Assembly: GCA_045120955.1 (NCBI GenBank)
Contig: JBGVFH010000071.1
Span: forward strand, 25,293 to 89,292
DNA: 64,000 nucleotides
Direction of reading: 5' to 3'
Origin: Eubacteriales bacterium
GTDB lineage: Bacteria > Bacillota > Clostridia > Oscillospirales > CAG-272
Under the pieces are notes generated by a model that was not told the DNA's origin, did no database searches, and saw only the letters and a program-made list of their open reading frames with translations. Shown here piece after piece: positions 50,144 through 59,411 of this stretch (position 1 is the first letter of the stretch; the number at the start of each line of letters is the position of its first letter). Position numbers and translations under genes: made by a program.

Positions 50144-51793
50144 CTACTGCACCTTGATGCTTTTTTCATCTACCGTATGAAGCTTAAACCAAAAATCTGA
50201 ACCGTGACCTATTTTACTGCTGACACCGAAAGCGGCATTGTGAGCATCAAGTATATCCTTTACAATAGACAGCCCGATTCCCATGCCTAACTCGGAGCGC
50301 TTGTGATAAGCGTCAGCACGATAGTATCTCTGCCATATATGCGGCAGCTTTTCGGCTTCTATTCCGTCACCCGTGTCGTATATATCTATTCTTACGACAG
50401 ACTCGGCATTTGTTTGCGAGACAAACACCTGCTTGTCCTCGCCCGTGTAGTTTACCGCATTTCCTATGAGGTTGTAGAGCACCTGAGATATCTTTTCCTT
50501 GTCAGCAAAAACGAACGCATCCTCCTTGGCATCAAGCATAAAGGTGTAGCCCTTACATTCGTTTAGCTTTTCAAAGCGTGCGACGGTTTCCCGCAAAAGC
50601 TCCGTTATGCAAAAGACCTGACAGTTGAGCACCCTTGCGTCCTTTTGCGCTTTTGAGACCTCGAGCAGATTATTTACAAGAGAGCTGAGCCTTTTAGTTT
50701 CGTCAATGATGACCTGTACGTTTTCGGAAGTGTTCTCTCCCGGAATATCACGCATGACCTCTGCATAGCCGTTGATCATGGTCAGAGGCGTGCGTAGATC
50801 ATGCGAAATGTTTGAAATCAGCTCGTTTTGCAGTTTTTCAAGCTTTGAAAGCTCCGTGCAGGCATAAGAAAGCGTCTCTGACAGCTCGTCTATCTCCCTG
50901 CACCCGCCCCCTTCAAAGGCAACGTCGTATTTTCCTTTTGCAAGCTGTTTTGCGCTGTCGTTGATTTTTGATATCGGTTTTGATACCTTGTTAGAGAAGA
51001 GAAGGGCAACCGCAAGAGAAAATGCGATGCACAAAATGCTGATAATAAAGAGCTGTATTTTTATTGTTTCGCTCACCGTGTCAACAGGTGTGAGTGAGCA
51101 ATCAAAAAGTATCAGATAATCGGTACCCGACTCCGAGCTTGTGATCCTCGAATATACCAGCCGCACGATGCTCGACTCAGCCTTTTGTTTTTTTTGAGTG
51201 AATTCGTCGGTCTCTCCGCTATGCGATCGGTCGCTGTTCGGAGAGGGAAAACCGTCGGGTATGCTCGAAAACGCTTCTGTGTCGGTCGGCAGCGTAGGCT
51301 TGTCTGTATTGCCGACCCCTTGATCTCCTACTGCGATATCTGAAAAATCAAGGGTGTAGCTGTATGTTCCGCCGTTTGCCTTCGTTTTTTCATATATGTC
51401 GGATATCATATCCGAGCTGAAATGACCGATTATGCTGTTTGGGTGCTCGCTTGAAGCGGCAAGCTGTTCGGCTTTTGACGAGTAGACTATCACACTTATG
51501 TTTTCTTCAGATGCAATTCCGTCTGTATATGTTTGTATCTCCTCTTCGCTCATGCCTACGTATCCGTCGGCGGCGCTTGAGAGACTGTTTATTGTAACGT
51601 GATAGTAAAACTCATCAAGAAAAATTATCTGAAATACCCACAAAAGAGAAATGGTGAAAATACAAAGAGCCGCAAGATAAGCAAAAATTTTAAATTTAAG
51701 CGAAAGCTTCTTCTTGTACTTGCTCGTTGTGACGGAGTTATTTTTGGGGGACTCGTTTTCTTTATTTTTTCGGCGCATCAAATCTGTATCCAA
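50144..51793 (-). CDS. sensor histidine kinase (two TM helices, extracytoplasmic sensor domain, HisKA plus HATPase_c)
   Basis: H-box ISHDLRTPLTMINGY; N, G1, G2 boxes at the C-terminus. Confidence 0.85.
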   Translation of the reverse strand: MDTDLMRRKNKENESPKNNSVTTSKYKKKLSLKFKIFAYLAALCIFTISLLWVFQIIFLDEFYYHVTINSLSSAADGYVGMSEEEIQTYTDGIASEENISVIVYSSKAEQLAASSEHPNSIIGHFSSDMISDIYEKTKANGGTYSYTLDFSDIAVGDQGVGNTDKPTLPTDTEAFSSIPDGFPSPNSDRSHSGETDEFTQKKQKAESSIVRLVYSRITSSESGTDYLILFDCSLTPVDTVSETIKIQLFIISILCIAFSLAVALLFSNKVSKPISKINDSAKQLAKGKYDVAFEGGGCREIDELSETLSYACTELSKLEKLQNELISNISHDLRTPLTMINGYAEVMRDIPGENTSENVQVIIDETKRLSSLVNNLLEVSKAQKDARVLNCQVFCITELLRETVARFEKLNECKGYTFMLDAKEDAFVFADKEKISQVLYNLIGNAVNYTGEDKQVFVSQTNAESVVRIDIYDTGDGIEAEKLPHIWQRYYRADAYHKRSELGMGIGLSIVKDILDAHNAAFGVSSKIGHGSDFWFKLHTVDEKSIKVQ

Positions 51794-52457
51794 CTCCTCG
51801 CAAGGTTACTATAAATTTGCTGTATTCTCCAAGACTGTGGCGAAGCAGCTTTATATGAGTGTCAAGCGTTCTGTCTCCGCCGAAAAAATCATATCCCCAG
51901 ACCTCGCATATCAGCTTTTCTCTTGTCAGAGCAATATTTCTGTTGCGGACAAGATAAAAAAGAAGCTCATATTCCTTCGGAGAGATGCTTATGGGTTCGC
52001 CGTTTATATATACTATTCTTGCGGTGAAGTCTATCTTCAGCCCCTCCGCCTCGTATGTTTCGTTTCCGCCTTGCTTTTCTTCTGCGTCCGTCCTTGCGTT
52101 TCTGCGTTTGAGTATGGCGTCTATTCTCAGCATCAGCTCTTTAGGAGAAAAGGGCTTTACTACATAGTCGTCTATCCCAAGCTCAAAGCCGTTTATTTTA
52201 TCGTATTCCTCTCCCCTTGCCGAGAGCATGATTATCGGGACGTTGCTGTTTTTTCTTATCTCTCTGCAAGCGGAAAAGCCGTCAAGCTCGGGCATCATTA
52301 TGTCCATAATGATGATGTCAAACTCATACTGACGGCACATTGCAAGTGCGGCAAGACCGTCTGCCGCCTCGTATATCTTATGTCCGTCAAATTCCGCATA
52401 TTTCTTTATAAGTTCTCTTATTTTAACCTCATCGTCTACAACAAGAATGTTATACAT
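51762..52457 (-). CDS. OmpR-family response regulator
   Basis: Receiver domain (VVDDE...D...K) plus winged-helix trans_reg_C. Confidence 0.85.
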   Translation of the reverse strand: MYNILVVDDEVKIRELIKKYAEFDGHKIYEAADGLAALAMCRQYEFDIIIMDIMMPELDGFSACREIRKNSNVPIIMLSARGEEYDKINGFELGIDDYVVKPFSPKELMLRIDAILKRRNARTDAEEKQGGNETYEAEGLKIDFTARIVYINGEPISISPKEYELLFYLVRNRNIALTREKLICEVWGYDFFGGDRTLDTHIKLLRHSLGEYSKFIVTLRGVGYRFDAPKK

Positions 52458-52577
52458 TTACTGCCTCCCTTGCAATATAACACGGTGATAAATGCGCAAA
52501 TCGGTGCGAAAAAACATGAGCTTTCCGCACCGCCTGCACTATATTTAAAAAACTTTAACTGCTTTGCCTTTGCTGTG

Positions 52578-54131
52578 TCATGAAGCGGGCACGTACTCGT
52601 AGCAGGTGAGGGTGACTTCCGTATGATATTCACGTCCGTTTTCTGTTCTTGCAACGGTTGCTTTTATCGTGTCACCGACCTCATGCTCGGCAAGAATGCT
52701 CTTTATGTCCGACATTGTCGATACGGATATGCCGTCTATAGATACAAATCTGTCATCCTTTTCAAGCTCGGTATTCTTGCCGGGATCGTCTACATAAACG
52801 CCGGCTTTTACCGTATAATACTTAAAGCCCTGTACATATGTCATATCCTTGTCGTACGAATATACGGTAATGCCGAGGCTGACCTTGCCCTTTACATAGC
52901 CGTATTCGATAAGCTGAGAAGCAACATCAAATGCGTGGTTTATCGGAATAGCAAAGCCGAGTCCCTCAATGGTTGTCTCTGATGAGGAAGATGAGGATTT
53001 TGCATTTACAACACCGATAAGCTCCCCTGCCATGTTAAAGAGTCCTCCGCCGGAGTTTCCGGGATTTACGGCAGCGTTTGTCTGGAGAAGCACCATTTTC
53101 TGTCCGTCTATCGTTATCTCACGGTTGAGTGCGCTGATTATTCCGTTTGTAACCGTTCCGCCGAGAGAACCGAGAGGATTTCCTATTGCGATGACATCTT
53201 CTCCGAGCTTAATTGCGTCGCTGTCACCGAGAGTAGCGGCACTCAATCCCGTTGCGTCTATTTTTATTACCGCAACGTCTGACTCTTCATCTGCACCGAC
53301 TACGGTTGCCTGGTATTGCTGTTCATCTGTCGTGCGGACATAAATAGTGTTTGCGCCGTTGACGACATGGTTGTTGGTGATGATATATCCGTTTTCGCTG
53401 ATGATAACACCCGAGCCTGCACCGCTTGTAACGTATTGACCGTAGAACTGTGACTCTTGAATGTTCTCTGTCACTATCTCAACTACCGAGTTTCTGACCG
53501 CAGCGATAACGTCCGTCATGGTGGTGTTTTGTGTGGTGGAGCCTTCGACCTTGTTTATGTTTACGGGAGCATTTACCTCATTGTCGGAGATATCGGCGGA
53601 CGAGTCATCTGCTCCTTTGTCATTTGAACTGTCTGTATCGGAATAGTCGGGGTCATTTATAAGGAAGCTGTACGCAAGATATGCACCTCCTATACCTGTA
53701 GCTCCTGCCAATATGATGCAGGAAAGTATGACAGCTGCGACCTTTAATGCGCCGCTCTTTTTCTTTGCCTTCTTTTTGGGTTGATTTTCAGCGTTGGCAC
53801 CGTATGAGGGGTCGTTTGAAAATGTATAGCTCGCCTGTGCTCCGCCGTCATTTCCGCCTCTGAAATATGGGTTTGAGTACGGGGTGTTTTGATACTGTCC
53901 GTGAGAGCCGACGCCCATGCCGGACGGAGCGCTTGCCTGCGATGCTTGAGAGGTACCGGTGTTTGCTTGAGTGCTTTGTTGATCGTTACCTCTTTCGCAT
54001 GCACTCTGCTCGCTTGTTATCGGTTCGTATACGTTATCTGTAAGGTTGCTGTTTTTTTGTGTGTTCTCGGCTATGTCCGAATTGTTGTTATCATTTTGAT
54101 TGTTTGAGTTGTTTATGTTGTATTCCGCCAT
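52578..54131 (-). CDS. HtrA/DegP-family serine protease with PDZ domain and Asn/Gln-rich disordered N-terminus
   Basis: TM anchor, catalytic triad context (…GNSGGGLFN…), C-terminal PDZ domain. Confidence 0.85.
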   Translation of the reverse strand: MAEYNINNSNNQNDNNNSDIAENTQKNSNLTDNVYEPITSEQSACERGNDQQSTQANTGTSQASQASAPSGMGVGSHGQYQNTPYSNPYFRGGNDGGAQASYTFSNDPSYGANAENQPKKKAKKKSGALKVAAVILSCIILAGATGIGGAYLAYSFLINDPDYSDTDSSNDKGADDSSADISDNEVNAPVNINKVEGSTTQNTTMTDVIAAVRNSVVEIVTENIQESQFYGQYVTSGAGSGVIISENGYIITNNHVVNGANTIYVRTTDEQQYQATVVGADEESDVAVIKIDATGLSAATLGDSDAIKLGEDVIAIGNPLGSLGGTVTNGIISALNREITIDGQKMVLLQTNAAVNPGNSGGGLFNMAGELIGVVNAKSSSSSSETTIEGLGFAIPINHAFDVASQLIEYGYVKGKVSLGITVYSYDKDMTYVQGFKYYTVKAGVYVDDPGKNTELEKDDRFVSIDGISVSTMSDIKSILAEHEVGDTIKATVARTENGREYHTEVTLTCYEYVPAS

Positions 54132-54306
54132 TTTATTGCTCCTCTCTACAAATTTTGACTTGTCGTCAAAATCAGCTTTTAGGCTTTCACTGTTATTAGT
54201 ATATCCGTAAAATGTGACGGTTTTATGATTGTTGAAAAAATAATAGTTGAATAATGAACGAACAACTCATGCATTCACTGCACAGAGGCATATAAAGCGC
54301 CGACTC

Positions 54307-54723
54307 TTAATTTCTTTGGCTGTCAAGGTAGTTTTGCAGTATTATCTGAGCGCTGAGAGTGTCTATGACCTGCTTGCGTTTTTTGCTCTTTATGTCTGTG
54401 ATGGAAAGCATCCTGTGCGCCTGCATGGTGGAGAGACGCTCATCATAAAGGATTATCTCGCTGTCGGTGTGCTCCTTCAATATCTCAACAAAAGCCCGCA
54501 CCGTTTCCGCGCGCCATCCCTCGCTTCCGTCCATGTTTTTTGGCAATCCCACAACTATTTTTTCGCATTTGTTTTCTTTTGCAGCTTTTGCTACCTCTTC
54601 GGCGGTGCTTTTCATCCCTCCGGGAGAGATATAACCGATGCCCGAAGCAAGAAAACCCGTTTCGTCCGAACGGGCAAGCCCTGTCCTTTTGTCTCCGTAG
54701 TCAACTCCGAGTATTTTTGGCAT
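54307..54723 (-). CDS. ruvX: Holliday junction resolvase-like protein RuvX/YqgF
   Basis: 138 aa; ILGVDYGDKRTGLA N-terminus. Confidence 0.85.
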   Translation of the reverse strand: MPKILGVDYGDKRTGLARSDETGFLASGIGYISPGGMKSTAEEVAKAAKENKCEKIVVGLPKNMDGSEGWRAETVRAFVEILKEHTDSEIILYDERLSTMQAHRMLSITDIKSKKRKQVIDTLSAQIILQNYLDSQRN

Positions 54724-54780
54724 ATTTCTTTATCCTTTACATTATTTCTTCAGAAAAACTTTTTATTATTCATTCTTCAC

Positions 54781-55860
54781 TTATACAATCAGCATTGCGT
54801 CTCCGAATGAGAAAAATCTGTATTTCTGCTCTACGGCGGTTTTGTATGCGTCCATCACAAATTCTTTTCCCGCAAAGGCGGAAACAAGCATGAGAAGTGA
54901 TGACTCAGGCAAATGAAAGTTTGTGATGAGCGCATCGGTCGCCTTGAATTTGTATCCGGGATAGATAAATATTTTTGTTTGCTCGGATACGGGGTGTACC
55001 GTTCCGTCCTCGCTTGCCGCAGACTCAATGGTGCGGCATGATGTTGTGCCCACACATATGACTCTGCCGCCGTTTTTTCTGCGTTCGTTGATAATGTCAG
55101 CCGCCTCTTTGGTCACTGTGATAGTCTCTGCGTGCATGACATGGTCTGTTATTTTATCTGCCTTGACGGGGCGAAATGTACCGAGCCCCACATGGAGCAT
55201 TACGGGTACGACTGCCGTGCCCTGCGCTTTTATTTTATCGAGAAGCTCCGTCGTAAAATGAAGCCCCGCCGTCGGCGCCGCGGCACTTCCGCGCTCGTTT
55301 GCATACACGGTTTGGTAGCGCTCGTTTGGATTGTCTGTTGAATGGATATACGGGGGCAGAGGCATAGCGCCTACCTCGTCAAGCAGAGCAAAAAATTCAT
55401 CGTTTGGTGAGTATTCAAATCTTATCTTTCTGTTGCCTTCTTCGACTATATCAACGACCTCTGCACGGAGCACTCCTCCTCCGAACTCAAATCTCCGCCC
55501 GACCTTGGCACGTTTGCCGGGGCGGGTCAGGCACTCCCACGTGTCTTTTTCTTCGCATTGCTTTAAAAGCAACAGCTCAATGCTTTTCTCGGGGGATCCC
55601 TCGGCGTTGCCGATAAGGCGTGCGGGTATGACCTTTGAGTCGTTTATAACAAGGACGTCCTCTGGGCGAATATACTCGGTTATGTCATGAAAGATACGGT
55701 GTGCAAGCGTTTTCTTTTCTCTGTCAAGACACATCAGGCGTGAGCCGTCACGATGCTCTGCAGGATGCTGAGCTATCAGCTCTTCGGGAAGGTCGTAAAA
55801 AAAGTCGCTTGTAAGTAGCTGTGTATCTATTCTTGTGTTTTCTATCATTATGCTTTTCAC
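54781..55860 (-). CDS. queA: S-adenosylmethionine:tRNA ribosyltransferase-isomerase
   Basis: 359 aa; QueA family sequence throughout. Confidence 0.85.
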   Translation of the reverse strand: MKSIMIENTRIDTQLLTSDFFYDLPEELIAQHPAEHRDGSRLMCLDREKKTLAHRIFHDITEYIRPEDVLVINDSKVIPARLIGNAEGSPEKSIELLLLKQCEEKDTWECLTRPGKRAKVGRRFEFGGGVLRAEVVDIVEEGNRKIRFEYSPNDEFFALLDEVGAMPLPPYIHSTDNPNERYQTVYANERGSAAAPTAGLHFTTELLDKIKAQGTAVVPVMLHVGLGTFRPVKADKITDHVMHAETITVTKEAADIINERRKNGGRVICVGTTSCRTIESAASEDGTVHPVSEQTKIFIYPGYKFKATDALITNFHLPESSLLMLVSAFAGKEFVMDAYKTAVEQKYRFFSFGDAMLIV

Positions 55861-55967
55861 TTTCTGTTATACTGTCATATACTGAAAGAAGACAGTAATT
55901 CTTACAATAAATTATATACTATCAAGACTTATTTTTCAAGAGATTTTATCATACAGGAGAAAAACAT

Positions 55968-56870
55968 ATGAAAAAAACATATGCGAAAACAAAGAAAAAA
56001 ATCTTTGAAGGGGTTGCTACCGCTCTGATAACCCCGTTCAAAAACGACAGAATAGACTACACGGCATTTGAAAATCTTATCGAGCGGCAGATAGAGCTTG
56101 GGGTGAATGCGTTGCTTTTCTGCGGAACGACAGGGGAAGCACCGACACTCAGCGAAAAGGAAAAGGCAAATATTTTCACCTTTGCAAAGAAAACGGCAGG
56201 GGATCGTGTACCGCTCATATTCGGAAGCGGCACCAACTCCCACGCCGCCACCATGCGGCTCTGAGCCCGTGCGATAGAGTGCGGCGCCGATGCGCTTTTG
56301 TGTGTGACTCCGTATTACAACAAGGGCACACCGAGAGGGATAGTTACGGCGTTTTCCGAGGTATGCTCGCTCGGGGCACCCGTTATTTTATATAATATTC
56401 CGTCGAGGACAGGTGTGGATGTTGATATGGATATGCTAAAGCAGCTCTCGGAGGAGGAAAACCTCTGCGCTATAAAGGAATGTGCGGGTGTTAGCCGTAT
56501 CAGCAGCATATGTGCGGAATTTCCCGATAAGTACGCAGTATATTCGGGAAATGACGGTGAATTTTTGCCCTCGCTCAGTGTAGGGGCAGTGGGAGTTGTC
56601 AGCGTTATGTCAAATCTGTATCCGGAGCTTATTTCGGGCATATACAAGGATTTTTGCGCAAACGACAATCAAAACGCAAGAAAAAAGCATCTTATGATGC
56701 AAAGACTGAATTCCTTGCTTTTTTCCGTTACAAATCCCGCCCCGATAAAATACGCAATGAGCATAAGGGGACTGTGCGAAAACACGCTTCGTCTGCCTCT
56801 TATGCCTGTCGAGGGAGAAATTTGCAAAAAAATAGAGAATGAAATGAAAAAAATCGAACAAAACATTTGA
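55968..56870 (+). pseudogene. dapA: 4-hydroxy-tetrahydrodipicolinate synthase interrupted by an in-frame TGA at 56262..56264
   Basis: ORFs 55968..56264 and 56298..56870 are in the same frame; the conceptual product …[35 protein letters not shown]… aligns colinearly with DapA (GTGSN...TPYYNKP...YNVPGRTG). Confidence 0.6.
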
Positions 56871-56960
56871 CTTAACGACCGTTTGCGGTTATAATAGATA
56901 AGTAAATGATAAAATGCGAAACAATGTGCATTTTGCAGTTTTTCGTGAAAGGACTTACAA

Positions 56961-57806
56961 ATGAATTCTGAGAAGATAAAAATGCTCAAGAAGACTGCCG
57001 CAGAGGTACGTCTCGGAATACTTGAGGGTGTTTACAATGCGGGCAGCGGACATCCGGGCGGCTCGCTTTCGGCAGCTGACGTGATGACATATCTTTATTT
57101 TTGCGAGATGAATATCGACCCGCAAAATCCCAAAATGCCGAACCGTGACAGATTTGTTCTGTCAAAAGGACACGCGGCGCCCCTTTACTATTCGGTGCTT
57201 GCAAACAGAGGTTACTTCCCCAAGCAGGACCTTGCCACCCTGCGCAAGCTTGACAGCTACCTTCAGGGACATCCCGATATGAAGCACACCCCCGGCGTTG
57301 ATATGTCGACAGGTTCGCTCGGACTTGGCATTTCGGCGGCGTGCGGTATGGCTCTTGCAGGAAAAATAGGTAAGTATGATTACCGTGTTTATACAATGAT
57401 AGGAGACGGTGAATCAGAGGAAGGACAGGTATGGGAGGCGGCTATGTTTGCCGCTCATTACAAGCTCGATAATCTGTGCGCTCTGCTCGATCTCAACGGC
57501 CTTCAGATAGACGGAAAGATAACCGATGTTATGGACCCGACTCCGCATGATGAAAAGTTCAGAGCGTTCGGCTGGAACGTGTTTACGTGTGACGCACACG
57601 ATTTTGACTCTATCGAGGCGGCATTCAACGAGGCAAAGAACGCAAACAACGGCAAGCCCTCTGTTATTATCTCTTCTTCGGTAAAAGGAAAGGGCGTATC
57701 GTTTATGGAAAATCAGTGCGACTGGCACGGAAAAGCACCGTCAAAGGAAGAATATGAAACGGCGGTCAGCGAGATAAAAGCTTATATGGAAAGGGAGTGT
57801 CTGTGA
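56961..57806 (+). CDS. transketolase, N-terminal (TPP-binding) subunit
   Basis: GSGHPGGSLS and GDGE motifs; split-type transketolase. Confidence 0.85.
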   Translation: MNSEKIKMLKKTAAEVRLGILEGVYNAGSGHPGGSLSAADVMTYLYFCEMNIDPQNPKMPNRDRFVLSKGHAAPLYYSVLANRGYFPKQDLATLRKLDSYLQGHPDMKHTPGVDMSTGSLGLGISAACGMALAGKIGKYDYRVYTMIGDGESEEGQVWEAAMFAAHYKLDNLCALLDLNGLQIDGKITDVMDPTPHDEKFRAFGWNVFTCDAHDFDSIEAAFNEAKNANNGKPSVIISSSVKGKGVSFMENQCDWHGKAPSKEEYETAVSEIKAYMERECL

Positions 57807-58750
57807 TGGCGGATAAGATAGCAACAAGACAGGCTTACGGCGAGACTTTGCGTGACATTGCAGAGCAGTTTCCCGAGCTTGTAGTTCTCGATGCAGACCT
57901 TGCGGCGGCTACTAAGACAGAAATATTTAAAAAGGCATACCCCGACAGATTTTTTGACTGCGGTATTGCTGAGGGCAACATGATGGGCGTAGCGGCGGGA
58001 CTTGCATCCTGCGGAAAGATACCGTTTGCATCCAGCTTTGCAATGTTTGCAGCAGGCAGAGCGTTTGAGCAGGTGAGAAATATCATCGGATATCCTCATC
58101 TCAATGTAAAAATAGGAGCTACTCATGCGGGCTGTACCGTAGGCGAGGACGGCGCTACACACCAATGCAACGAGGATATCGCTCTCATGCGTACTATTCC
58201 GGGTATGGTAGTTATCAATCCTGCTGACGCAGTTGAAGCGAGAGCTGCGGTGATCGCAGCAGCTGAATACGTAGGACCTGTATATCTGCGTTTCGGAAGA
58301 GCGAATGTTCCGACAGTAAACGACAGCAAGGACTACAAATTTGAGATAGGCAAGGGAGTTACCCTGCGTGACGGCACAGATGCTACCATCGTAGCGAGCG
58401 GAATTACCGTTCATATTGCGCTTGAGGCGGCACAGCTTCTCAGCGACGAGGGAATAGATGCAAGGGTCATAAATATCCATACGATAAAGCCGATAGACAA
58501 GGATCTTCTTATAAAGGCGGCAAAAGAGACGGGAGCTATCGTTACCGCTGAGGAGCACAACATTATAGGAGGACTCGGAAGTGCGGTATGCGAGGCTGTA
58601 TGCGAGCAATGTCCCGTACCCGTTGTCAGAGTCGGCATGAACGATGAATACGGCAGAAGCGCATCTGCGGCTCGGCTTCTTGAATATTACGGCTTTACTG
58701 CGGAAAATATCGCAGCCAAGGTTAAGGAAGCTATTGCAAAGAAGAGATAA
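57797..58750 (+). CDS. transketolase, C-terminal (pyrimidine-binding) subunit
   Basis: Follows the N-terminal subunit with a 10-nt overlap; transketolase Pyr and C-terminal domains. Confidence 0.85.
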   Translation: MSVMADKIATRQAYGETLRDIAEQFPELVVLDADLAAATKTEIFKKAYPDRFFDCGIAEGNMMGVAAGLASCGKIPFASSFAMFAAGRAFEQVRNIIGYPHLNVKIGATHAGCTVGEDGATHQCNEDIALMRTIPGMVVINPADAVEARAAVIAAAEYVGPVYLRFGRANVPTVNDSKDYKFEIGKGVTLRDGTDATIVASGITVHIALEAAQLLSDEGIDARVINIHTIKPIDKDLLIKAAKETGAIVTAEEHNIIGGLGSAVCEAVCEQCPVPVVRVGMNDEYGRSASAARLLEYYGFTAENIAAKVKEAIAKKR

Positions 58751-58841
58751 GCATATTTATATTTGTTTTACAGAGTAAAAGCAGGCGGAGATTTCTGTCT
58801 GCTTTTCGGTTATAAAAAGAAAAAAACACAAGGAGGACGAC

Positions 58842-59303
58842 ATGAAAAAAATTGCAAGCTTTACGGTTAACCACGACAAGCTGAAAAAGGGAATGTACAT
58901 CTCACGCATCGACGGAGATGCCGTGACGTACGATATAAGGATGAAAATACCCAACGGCGGCGACTATCTCGGCTGCGGGGAGCTTCATACCTTCGAGCAT
59001 CTTTTTGCTACTTTTGCACGCAACAGCTGTTATTCTGACAGTGTTATATATGTAGGGCCTATGGGATGCCGTACGGGATTTTATCTTATTTTGCGTGACA
59101 CGGTGAGCCATTCTCAGGCAATCGGGCTTGTTAGGGATGCGTTTTCGTTCATATCGGATTTTGAGGGTGAGATACCGGGAAATAAGCGTGAGGAATGCGG
59201 CAATTATCTTGAGCATGACCTTACAGGAGCTAAAGCGGTCGCGGCTGACATGGCATCCGTACTCTCTGATTGGAACGAGCAAAAGCTCAATTACGAAAAC
59301 TAA
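58842..59303 (+). CDS. luxS: S-ribosylhomocysteine lyase (AI-2 synthase)
   Basis: 153 aa; HTFEHL metal-binding motif and conserved Cys. Confidence 0.8.
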   Translation: MKKIASFTVNHDKLKKGMYISRIDGDAVTYDIRMKIPNGGDYLGCGELHTFEHLFATFARNSCYSDSVIYVGPMGCRTGFYLILRDTVSHSQAIGLVRDAFSFISDFEGEIPGNKREECGNYLEHDLTGAKAVAADMASVLSDWNEQKLNYEN

Positions 59304-59411
59304 CAAAAATTGTTTGCTCATTTGTATGAGTGCTTGACTATCTCCCGAAAAAATGATACAGTTATTGTAATAGTATGATTATTTAGGCAGTGTAACGAAA
59401 GGAGCGCAGGC

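Noticed and set aside
51714-52583. 289-aa plus-strand ORF
   Set aside because: It is antisense to the response-regulator gene, which has clear receiver and winged-helix motifs on the other strand.
56259-56300. Possible selenocysteine or recoding at the dapA TGA
   Set aside because: I could discern no SECIS-like hairpin immediately downstream, and TGA functions as an ordinary stop in neighbouring genes. A mutation or sequencing error is more parsimonious (retained as a finding).
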